From Abditibacterium sp. (lineage in GTDB: Bacteria > Armatimonadota > Abditibacteriia > Abditibacteriales > Abditibacteriaceae), in the NCBI GenBank assembly GCA_965199495.1, contig CBDASK010000003.1, positions 3,136,001 to 3,200,000 on the forward strand: a stretch of 64,000 nucleotides of DNA. Reading direction: 5' to 3'. A model generated the notes under the pieces. The model was given only the letters and a program-made list of their open reading frames with translations. It had not been told where the DNA came from and ran no database searches. A program made the position numbers and the translations under genes. Shown here one piece after another: positions 17,893-25,756 of this stretch; the first letter of the stretch is position 1, and each line of letters opens with the position of its first letter.

Positions 17893-19845
17893 TTATTCAC
17901 CCAGCGACGCCAACAAATCCAAAACCGTCATGCCCACTCGCATCCGAGTCAAACGCTCCTGCGCCAACGGTGTATCGAGAAAGCGCGGGCGCAATCGCAT
18001 CGGCTCCAAGACGCCGCGCAGGTGAAGTTCGCGCACCAGTGACAGCGTTTCCGCGCTGATTTTGCCGCTCCACAAAAGGTCAAACTCGCCGCCCTGTCCC
18101 AGATAATCGAGCAGCCACGCCAAGCCGCGCAGATAAACCGCGTCTTTAGTGAAGCCGCCGCCGCGATAAACGCGCATCGTCAAACTCCAACTGGCGCGCG
18201 CCGAAAAACCGTGATTGTCGTGCAAAGCCCGAAACGTTTCGATGAAATTGGCGCCGCTAATCAGCGAATTCACCGCCCACACGCGCGCCGCTAATAATCG
18301 CAATCGCAGCGGATGCAAACCGCCGCTGAGCCATTCGGCGAGTAGGGCGGTGCCCTCTTGCAACGGATCGTAATCGGGAAAACCGATATAGAGCAACTTG
18401 AGCGGTTGCGCCTTACCATTGGCGTGCGAGACGATGTGCGTGCCGACTTCGTGCTGAATTAAGGCTTCCAATCGCGGCGCCGGATAGGCGAAATTTTCGG
18501 CGATGAGCAACTGTCCTGCCGCGACCATGACGCCGGGCACATCGTCGCGCACTTGAACTTTGGACGAAAGTTCGGGATATTGCGCGCGATAAAAATCTAT
18601 TTCGCACTGGGCGCGCCGCGCGAATTCGTGCGCACTGACCATCTCAGTTTTTGGCAACGCGCCGACGCGCTTTTGGCGCGCTTCTCGTTCGTCGGCGTCA
18701 TCTTCCTCGTCTTCGATGGCGGGCGCGGTGCGCTCCAAAACCTGATTCGCCAATTCCAACAACGGCGCTTCGATGCCGCCGTAAAGCGCCATTGAACCCG
18801 GCAAAAATCGCGGCGTGTTGCGATCTTCCAACAACGTGATTTGGCGGTCTAATTCCAATCGCTTTTCGTGAAAGAGCGCCTGTAACGCGGGCGATTCGAC
18901 GCGTTCGAGTTCGATATTATAAAGATCGCGCTTGAGCAAGTCGGGGTCGAACGGCAATAATCGGTCGTGGAAAATCGGCGTTTTCGCAAATTTATTTTCT
19001 TTGAACTCGCGCCATTGCGTTTCGGTGTTGACCGGCGTGACGCCCAACAAAAAGTTCCAGTTGGCGGCGATTTCGGCGATTTGCCGGTCGGTTTCCCACA
19101 CGGCGTCGCCGACTTGCCGCAAACCCAACGCGCGAAAATCTTCGATCTCTTCGTCGGTCTGCACCTGCATGAACTCGGCGAACGTTTTTTGCAGCGCGAT
19201 GCCCAACTCGCGCCGCAAACTTTGCAGCGACGCCGGGAAAATCGGCCCATCGTCGGCCTCGCGAAAGAGCGGCGGCACTTCCAAACCCAACACGCGACAC
19301 GACCGTTCGCGCGCCTTGCCTTCGTCCAAAAGCGGTTGCCAGTCGAGCGCCCCACCCAAAGGTTCGATTTCGACTTCAATAGTCGCGCCCAACCAATTCA
19401 TTTTGCCCAGCGCGCGTTGCAAGCGCGCCGTCGAAACCGGCGTTTGTCCGGCTTCTTCGCCCGAACAAATCCGAAACCGCGCGCCCGACCCAGCCGCCGT
19501 GGCTGCATCTTCCGCGTCGGCGGGGCGCGTCCACAATTCGAGCAACAAAACCGCGCCAAACTTATCGGCCAATGCCAAAGTTATCGCTTCGATGAGCGCT
19601 TTTGTTTCGTCTTTGTGCTGCGTGGGCGCGATCAAAAACGAGCCTTGCCCCAGCAATAAATCGCCGCTTCCGGCATCGTAATGTCGCAGCCGATGAACGC
19701 TCAAAAACGGCAACGGGCGATCAATATGCAAACGCCCACCGTCGGGCAAAAGCCGATAAACGCGTTCGCCGTCGGCGATGCGCTGGCAAACTTCGGTAAT
19801 AAATTCGGGCGAAATCGAATCGCGAGCGGAGATAAAATCAGACAT
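17893..19845 (-). CDS. QEGLA-motif / DUF1704 (MATCAP-like) metallocarboxypeptidase
   Basis: HEVGTH (HExxxH), LQEGTA and GGFTKDAVYLRG motifs; N-terminal LHIDRPLPFL. Confidence 0.85.
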   Translation of the reverse strand: MSDFISARDSISPEFITEVCQRIADGERVYRLLPDGGRLHIDRPLPFLSVHRLRHYDAGSGDLLLGQGSFLIAPTQHKDETKALIEAITLALADKFGAVLLLELWTRPADAEDAATAAGSGARFRICSGEEAGQTPVSTARLQRALGKMNWLGATIEVEIEPLGGALDWQPLLDEGKARERSCRVLGLEVPPLFREADDGPIFPASLQSLRRELGIALQKTFAEFMQVQTDEEIEDFRALGLRQVGDAVWETDRQIAEIAANWNFLLGVTPVNTETQWREFKENKFAKTPIFHDRLLPFDPDLLKRDLYNIELERVESPALQALFHEKRLELDRQITLLEDRNTPRFLPGSMALYGGIEAPLLELANQVLERTAPAIEDEEDDADEREARQKRVGALPKTEMVSAHEFARRAQCEIDFYRAQYPELSSKVQVRDDVPGVMVAAGQLLIAENFAYPAPRLEALIQHEVGTHIVSHANGKAQPLKLLYIGFPDYDPLQEGTALLAEWLSGGLHPLRLRLLAARVWAVNSLISGANFIETFRALHDNHGFSARASWSLTMRVYRGGGFTKDAVYLRGLAWLLDYLGQGGEFDLLWSGKISAETLSLVRELHLRGVLEPMRLRPRFLDTPLAQERLTRMRVGMTVLDLLASLGE

Positions 19846-20046
19846 TTATTTATTAAACCACCGAATTACAAATCGTATTAAAACTGCATTGCTCGCCGCC
19901 CATAGGATGGCGCATGTAAGCATAGCAATGAAAAATCCAAAGTTGCCGAATTGATGCAAATACGGCTTCATGAAAATAAGACTTATTGCGCTTGGCACTG
20001 CCGCTATCAGCCAAACCAAAGCGACAACCAGATGATTGTAATTCAT
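19846..20046 (-). CDS. Small two-TM hypothetical protein (AT-rich)
   Basis: 66-aa hydrophobic ORF filling the gap; its TAA directly abuts the next ATG. Confidence 0.55.
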   Translation of the reverse strand: MNYNHLVVALVWLIAAVPSAISLIFMKPYLHQFGNFGFFIAMLTCAILWAASNAVLIRFVIRWFNK

Positions 20047-20051
20047 AGAAT

Positions 20052-20861
20052 TTATAATTTTGCCAACTCTTTGCGCGCGCCCTCGAACGTCGAAAGTAAT
20101 GCCAGCCGAATCAATTCGCGTTGCGCTTCGTCGGGATCGCCGCTCCATTCGTCCATCCAAAACTTTTTCCATTCGATGGCGATGCTACAAGCCGAATCGG
20201 GGAATTCGTCATGAATCCATTTGGAAAAGTAGCCGCCGCCGAATTTGACGTTTTCGCGTACGTCCAAATGGCGCCCGCCGAAATCGAAGGCGCGCAAATC
20301 GGCCATTACGCGTTCGATGAGCGGGCGAAATTTCGGATCGCCCAGCGTTTTAGTGCCGATATTGACTTCGGGATTTTCGTCGGGGTTGGCGATTGGCCCA
20401 TCGGCGCCGTCGCGGCGATGGTTGTAGGAATGCAAATCGTAGACGGCGAAATTGCCGAACGAAGCGCGCACCTTTTCCAGTTCGATTTTGGCTTCGGCAT
20501 AAAACGCTTCCTGCAGAGCCATCGAATCCGCAGCCACGGCGTCGGGCAAGTCGGTTTTCCACACATCCAAACCCCACGCATCGGCGGGCACGCGATAAAC
20601 CGCTTTATCGGGCGCGCGATTCAAATCGAGTTCAAATCGCGAATGGAGTCCGACGACATGACGCGGCAGTAAGCGCGCCATATCGCCGGTAAACGGGTCT
20701 TCTTCGCGCAAACGCCCGGCGTCATCGAGCGCGAAATGTGCGGAAACTTCGGGCCGGGCTTCGTGTCCATCGTGAACCGCCGCGCCCATAAGCGGCGAAA
20801 GTGTGCCGCCCCAGTTCCATGTCGGTTGCAGTTTTCGTCTGGTCAATTCGGGATGTTGCAT
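20052..20861 (-). CDS. N-formylglutamate amidohydrolase family protein
   Basis: VHDGH, REEDPFT, SRFELDLNR, DLHSYNHRR, ENVKFGGG and IAIEWKK motifs. Confidence 0.88.
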   Translation of the reverse strand: MQHPELTRRKLQPTWNWGGTLSPLMGAAVHDGHEARPEVSAHFALDDAGRLREEDPFTGDMARLLPRHVVGLHSRFELDLNRAPDKAVYRVPADAWGLDVWKTDLPDAVAADSMALQEAFYAEAKIELEKVRASFGNFAVYDLHSYNHRRDGADGPIANPDENPEVNIGTKTLGDPKFRPLIERVMADLRAFDFGGRHLDVRENVKFGGGYFSKWIHDEFPDSACSIAIEWKKFWMDEWSGDPDEAQRELIRLALLSTFEGARKELAKL

Positions 20862-20968
20862 TCTGGGGCAAGGCCGCAAAGTAAAGGCCGTCATTTTGTC
20901 CGCGAAGGCGGACAGTCGCGGCGAAGCCGATCCCAGACCCACATTTTAATGTGGGGACACGGCGCTCC

Positions 20969-21499
20969 TCATTTCACTTGACTCGCGCACCATTGCAACA
21001 AAAGTTTCATTTCCAAGCGCTGCACTTCGCGCAATGCGTCGTCCGATTCGCCCGTTTCGGCGGATTTTTCGCACCATTGGTTGAACGTGCGGGGAATCCA
21101 TGTCGGCGCGTTGCGCAGTTCGTCCAAAAATCCGAATTCGGGCACGCGATGCAAAATCATGTCGTGCAATTCGTCGAAAACCGGATGCTGCCCCGCGCGA
21201 TTCCACCAATAATTGGCGTTGGAAAAATCGCCTTCGCGGCGGTGCATAATGCCGTGCCAAAAACTGCTCGTCGGCGTGTCAATGACTTGGAAAATATTGT
21301 GAGCGCGCACCAAATCGTCGTTGAACATTAATAATCCGGCACGACACAATTCGGACATCATGGCATCATCGGCGGTGTTGTGATTCGGGAATAGATTGGC
21401 GCCCATAATTTCGCGCGACAAAACGTCATCGAGCGGTTGGGTGGGCATCAAAACGACGGGCGTTTCGGTGAGGTGAAGGTAGGAAGAAAAATCGGCCAT
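20969..21499 (-). CDS. Conserved hypothetical protein
   Basis: AHNIFQ...FWHGIMHRREGDFSNANYWW motif; fits the operon layout. Confidence 0.7.
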   Translation of the reverse strand: MADFSSYLHLTETPVVLMPTQPLDDVLSREIMGANLFPNHNTADDAMMSELCRAGLLMFNDDLVRAHNIFQVIDTPTSSFWHGIMHRREGDFSNANYWWNRAGQHPVFDELHDMILHRVPEFGFLDELRNAPTWIPRTFNQWCEKSAETGESDDALREVQRLEMKLLLQWCASQVK

Positions 21500-21521
21500 T
21501 GTCCGACAGTTTAACTTTCGT

Positions 21522-21938
21522 TTAGCCGCCGGGCAGGGGAAACGCGCCCGCCAACCGCGCGACCCAAAACGTGAAAAGCAAAGTTGACATTCCGATGAGA
21601 AATACGCGTTGCGCGCGCACGGGTTGGGGAAACGGCGGTTTTGTCAGTGACAGCCACGCCGACCACATTGTGTAGATTAAGGCGCTCACAAACAGAAATG
21701 GCCCCAACGGATGCCACACCAACGCTTCGCGGAAGTATCCGTGTGCCATCGAAACCCACGCGCGCGTCAGGCCGCAACCGGGACATGGATAGCCCGTGAG
21801 ATTGTGAAACGCACAAATCGAAGGCATGCCCGCGATGGCGTTATCGTGGGGCAAGGGCAAAATCGCCGAGGCCATAAGCAGCGCCGCCAGAAAATAAGTC
21901 GAGGGCCACAAACGAAATTGGCGAATTGATTTTTCCAT
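21522..21938 (-). CDS. DUF2752 membrane protein
   Basis: CAFHNLTGYPCPGCGLTRA motif. Confidence 0.85.
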   Translation of the reverse strand: MEKSIRQFRLWPSTYFLAALLMASAILPLPHDNAIAGMPSICAFHNLTGYPCPGCGLTRAWVSMAHGYFREALVWHPLGPFLFVSALIYTMWSAWLSLTKPPFPQPVRAQRVFLIGMSTLLFTFWVARLAGAFPLPGG

Positions 21939-21970
21939 TGGTTAAAGCGAAATCGAGTTTAGCTTATGGC

Positions 21971-21988
21971 CAGCGAATTTATTCGCTG
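21971..21988. repeat. Short palindromic REP unit CAGCGAATTTATTCGCTG
   Basis: The same unit occurs at 24299-24324 and inside 34566-34714. Confidence 0.75.
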
Positions 21989-22040
21989 ATGTCTTGAAAA
22001 ACGGCCCACGTTAAACTTGAGGCGACAAATTCACCGACCG

Positions 22041-22799
22041 ATGAAATCGCTTTTTAAACAAATGATCGCGCGCGCCATGCCCGGTTCTTATTCGCACCGC
22101 GTGCCGGGACGGCCCAATCCCATCGCCATTGCCATCGCCGAAAAATACGGCTATCGCGTTCTGAACGGCCCGTTCGCCGGATTGAATTACACGCGCAAAG
22201 CGGCGGGTTCGGCGCTCGCTCCGAAATTAATCGGTTCTTACGAGCGCGAATTGCATCCGGTGTGGGAACAAATTCTGCGCAAAAATTACGATTTAGTTGT
22301 GGACATCGGTTGCGCCGAGGGTTATTATGCGGTCGGTCTGGCGAAACATCTGCCGGGCACGCCGCGCGTTGTGGCTTTCGATATAGATTATGAAGCGCGT
22401 CTGTTATGCCGCGAATTGTCTATCAAAAATGGCGTTTCCAATCGCGTCGAAGTTTTGGGCGAATGCGACGTGGCTGCACTTGGGCGCGTCTTGAAACCGC
22501 GTTCATTAGTGGTCTGCGATTGCGAGGGCGCCGAAGTGGATTTGCTGCAACCCGACCAAGTCGAGGCGCTACGCCACTCCGATATTTTGGTCGAATTGCA
22601 CGATTTTCTGCGCACGGGCGTCACGCCGACTTTAACGGAGCGTTTCGCGAAAACGCACGATATTCAACTGATTGACAGCGCGCAACCCGATGCGTCGCTC
22701 TATAAAGAACTCGAAATTCTGACGCCGCAACAACGTGAAATCGCGTTGGACGAACGCGCCAAGCCGATGCAATGGGCGTGGATGACGGCGAAAGTTTGA
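22041..22799 (+). CDS. Class I SAM-dependent methyltransferase-like protein
   Basis: VDIGCAEGYY, VVAFDID and DCEGAE motifs. Confidence 0.8.
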   Translation: MKSLFKQMIARAMPGSYSHRVPGRPNPIAIAIAEKYGYRVLNGPFAGLNYTRKAAGSALAPKLIGSYERELHPVWEQILRKNYDLVVDIGCAEGYYAVGLAKHLPGTPRVVAFDIDYEARLLCRELSIKNGVSNRVEVLGECDVAALGRVLKPRSLVVCDCEGAEVDLLQPDQVEALRHSDILVELHDFLRTGVTPTLTERFAKTHDIQLIDSAQPDASLYKELEILTPQQREIALDERAKPMQWAWMTAKV

Positions 22800-22803
22800 T
22801 TAC

Positions 22804-22939
22804 AATTTTTACCTAAGCCCGTGACACAGGAGCAGCGGGGCTGACGCACCCTTCCAATCGGCGGACTTCCTCGAATAAATACCGATTGGAAGGGTGCGTC
22901 AGCCCCGCTGCTCCTGTGTCACGGGCTTAGGTAAAAATT
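22804..22939. repeat. Perfect 58-bp inverted-repeat element between convergent genes
   Basis: Arms at 22804-22861 and 22882-22939. Confidence 0.9.
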
Positions 22940-22942
22940 TTA

Positions 22943-23659
22943 TTACAACAGCGACAATTGTTCTGGCGCCATATCCATGTCGTTTTCGCCGATGGGCGCG
23001 ATGCACGCCGCGTCATCGAAGGCGACGTTGCCGACTTTGCGATCCACGGGAAACGCTTCCATTTCGGTGTCGGGAAAAGTTTTGAGCAATTCCAGAGCAT
23101 CGTGGGCCGAAACTTTCGGATCGAGCCAGATTTTTTCGTCCTGCGGTTTTAAAATTACCGCCATCCGATGATGCAAAGTCGCCAGCAACGGATTCGGATC
23201 GGACGTGATAATCGTCGCGGTGCGCAGTGGCGCATCGCCCGGCCCGTTCCACTCTTCCCACAACCCGGCGAACGCGTAAATGCGGTCATCGGTGAAGCGA
23301 ATATAATGCGGCTGTTTGGTTTTGCCGACGGTTTTCCATTCGTAAAATCCGTCTGCGGGAATCAGGCAACGCCGACTGCGCAAGGCGTTTTTAAACGATG
23401 GCTTTTCGATTAACGTTTCGGCGCGCGCGTTGATCATTTTGGCGCCAATCGCGTCGTCTTTGGCCCACGAAGGCACCAAACCCCAGCGATAACCTTCCAA
23501 AACGCGCTTGCCGTCGCCATAAGCGTTTTGGGTGACAACGGCCAAAGGCTGCATCGGTGCGATGTTATAGCGCGCGGGAAACTCGAACAAAGTTTCCTGC
23601 ACCACGAAGCGCGCGGCGACTTCGGGCGCCGAATGATGAAGAGTGAAACGTCCGCACAT
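22943..23659 (-). CDS. SOS response-associated peptidase (SRAP/YedK/HMCES family)
   Basis: N-terminal MCGRF (catalytic Cys2), RYNIAP, WGLVPSW, INARAET and GFYEW motifs. Confidence 0.93.
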   Translation of the reverse strand: MCGRFTLHHSAPEVAARFVVQETLFEFPARYNIAPMQPLAVVTQNAYGDGKRVLEGYRWGLVPSWAKDDAIGAKMINARAETLIEKPSFKNALRSRRCLIPADGFYEWKTVGKTKQPHYIRFTDDRIYAFAGLWEEWNGPGDAPLRTATIITSDPNPLLATLHHRMAVILKPQDEKIWLDPKVSAHDALELLKTFPDTEMEAFPVDRKVGNVAFDDAACIAPIGENDMDMAPEQLSLL

Positions 23660-23744
23660 AATGGCGCGTTTGTGTTGCAAGGCAAGCGCCAGAATGGGCA
23701 AGGATAAAGGCTGAAGGCTAAAGGATAAAAAGTAAATTCACTCG

Positions 23745-24293
23745 ATGATTAAACCCACGCCCGAACAATTGCGCGCCGCCGTTGGCGATTTTACGCCCGA
23801 TATACTCGCGCCGAATTTGAACGTTCTCTTTTGCGGCATTAATCCGAGCGTTTATTCGGCGGTCGTCGGCCACCATTTCGCGCGGCCCGGTAATCGGTTT
23901 TGGCGCGCGTTGCATCGCGGCGGCTTCACGCCGCACCAAATCGCGCCCGAAAATGACGCGCAATTGCTCGATTATGGTTTGGGCGTAACCAACGTGGTTG
24001 CGCGCGCCACGGTCGCCGCCGCCGATTTGACCAACGCCGAATTACGCGCTGGAGCGCCCTTACTCATCGAGAAAATCGAGACGTTCCAGCCGACGTGGCT
24101 GGCAATTGTGGGCATCGGCGCCTATCGCGTGGCGTTCGATGAACCTAAAGCGACAATCGGCCCGCAAACGCGCACAATTGGCGCGACCAAAGTTTGGGTT
24201 TTGCCCAATCCCAGCGGCTTAAACGCGCATTATCCGCCCGACGCGTTGGCCGAGAAATTCGGCGAATTGTGGGCGGTGGTTTGTTCCAGTTGA
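23745..24293 (+). CDS. mug: G/U mismatch-specific DNA glycosylase
   Basis: GINPS, HHFARPGNRFW and LPNPSGLN motifs. Confidence 0.92.
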   Translation: MIKPTPEQLRAAVGDFTPDILAPNLNVLFCGINPSVYSAVVGHHFARPGNRFWRALHRGGFTPHQIAPENDAQLLDYGLGVTNVVARATVAAADLTNAELRAGAPLLIEKIETFQPTWLAIVGIGAYRVAFDEPKATIGPQTRTIGATKVWVLPNPSGLNAHYPPDALAEKFGELWAVVCSS

Positions 24294-24298
24294 ATGAT

Positions 24299-24324
24299 TT
24301 TCCAGCGAATTTATTCGCTGGAAA
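24299..24324. repeat. Short palindromic REP unit
   Basis: tttccagcgaat-tt-attcgctggaaa. Confidence 0.75.
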
Positions 24325-24349
24325 CGTGCGATTTCGCGCTAAATTTGCT

Positions 24350-24524
24350 TAATGTAGCTTGACGCGAGTTTCTGCGTAATGCGGCCCGTAGGGTCAAAAC
24401 ACGTTTTGACCGCGTCACAGAGGCTAACCTTTTAACGAGGAAACAGGCTCACGTTTTGACGCGGTCAAAACGTGTTTTGACCCTACGGGCCGCATTACGC
24501 AGAAACTCGCGTCAAGCTACATTA
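24350..24524. repeat. REPIN-like doublet: GTAG-type REP within 68-bp inverted arms
   Basis: GTAGGGTCAAAACACGTTTTGACC at 24388 with an inverted copy; arms at 24350-24417 and 24457-24524. Confidence 0.9.
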
Positions 24525-24546
24525 ATTTGATGCCTATGGAAAACAC

Positions 24547-25482
24547 TCAACTTTCCAACAAAACTTCCGCGTCGCGCGGCCCGATGCGCGCCGCTTCCAA
24601 CTGCGCGGCGTTGGCGGCGCCCGCAGCCATGCCCCAGCGCGCGGCTTGATAAACGTCGCCGCTTTGCAGCCAGCGCGCGACAAACGCGCCGACCAACGAA
24701 TCGCCCGAACCGACGGGCGAAACTTCCTCGACGGAGGGCGCGGCCAACCATTCGATTTGGCCGTCATTGCCCAGCCACAAGCCGCGCGCGCCGCACGACA
24801 AAAGCACGACCGCAACGCCCATTCGCATCAGTTCGCGCACGGCATTACGCTGCGCTTCGGGCGTTTCCAATTCGCGATTTAGCAGTTCGCTCGCTTCGGC
24901 CAAATTGGGTTTAATCGCCCACGGCGGATTACGAGATTGCAGCGCGCGCGCGAACTGCGCGCCTTTGCCGTCATACAAAACCGGTTTGCCCGCGCGCGCC
25001 GCCAGTTCGCACAAATGCGCGCCACTCATATCGTCAACAAATGGCGGATACGAACCGCCGATAATCGCGATTTGGCAAGTTGGCAAATGAACGTCGAAAC
25101 GCTCGCCAATCATTTCCGCTTCGCGCGCCGACAACGCGTTGCCAGCCTCGACGAGTTCGGTAAAGCCGCTTTGGTGAACGATGTTGGTCGCGGTGCGTGT
25201 ATCGGCTTCGACTTCAACTAAATCGTGTAATAAATTATCGTCGCGCAGCAGTTCGCGAAATTGCGCGCTTTGATGGCGACCAACGGGCGCCAAAACGCGA
25301 ATGTGGGCGCCGAAACGAGCCGCCACGCGCGCGGCGTTGATACCTTTGCCGCCCGCCGTCACGCGCAGATTTTCTGTCGCGACGCGGTGAGAATGGCCGC
25401 GCGCGAAATCGGCGACGAAAAGCGTGCGTTCGATGCAAGGATTGGGCGTGAAAAAAAACGCGTCAATGGTTGCGGATTCCAT
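24547..25482 (-). CDS. 1-phosphofructokinase-family (PfkB) hexose kinase
   Basis: NPCIE, AGGKGINAAR, IKPNLAE and VGSGDS motifs. Confidence 0.88.
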   Translation of the reverse strand: MESATIDAFFFTPNPCIERTLFVADFARGHSHRVATENLRVTAGGKGINAARVAARFGAHIRVLAPVGRHQSAQFRELLRDDNLLHDLVEVEADTRTATNIVHQSGFTELVEAGNALSAREAEMIGERFDVHLPTCQIAIIGGSYPPFVDDMSGAHLCELAARAGKPVLYDGKGAQFARALQSRNPPWAIKPNLAEASELLNRELETPEAQRNAVRELMRMGVAVVLLSCGARGLWLGNDGQIEWLAAPSVEEVSPVGSGDSLVGAFVARWLQSGDVYQAARWGMAAGAANAAQLEAARIGPRDAEVLLES

Positions 25483-25560
25483 GTTAAAGTCGAGTCGAAA
25501 AATGGTAAAAATGGTTCAATACCATTGGTAAATCCCGCCGGAAGTTCGTTTTTCCCGACC

Positions 25561-25755
25561 GTGAAAAATCTCCATCAATTTTCGCCCTACGAGGAGCGCC
25601 AGCGCCGCTACCCGTTTTTAGTCGCCATTGATTTAATGGTGCATTTCGCGCTCTCTTTTTCGGCCATCATTTTGTCCGTCATCGCCATTGCGATGGCCGT
25701 TGATGCGGTCTTTCCCGGCATCGTGCGCATCCCGCCGTTCTGGATTCATTTTTGA
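25561..25755 (+). CDS. Possible small membrane protein
   Basis: GTG-started 64-aa ORF with a hydrophobic segment, filling the gap between genes. Confidence 0.35.
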   Translation: MKNLHQFSPYEERQRRYPFLVAIDLMVHFALSFSAIILSVIAIAMAVDAVFPGIVRIPPFWIHF

Positions 25756-25756
25756 C

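Noticed and set aside
17594..18042. ORFs spanning palindromic elements (also 27531-27989, 29869-30089, 52063-52395)
   Set aside because: The translations derive from repeat arms and have no protein motifs.
23700..23729. Short heptamer tandem repeats (also 34725-34759 and 32994-33017)
   Set aside because: Only 3-5 degenerate units each, with no evidence of function visible here.
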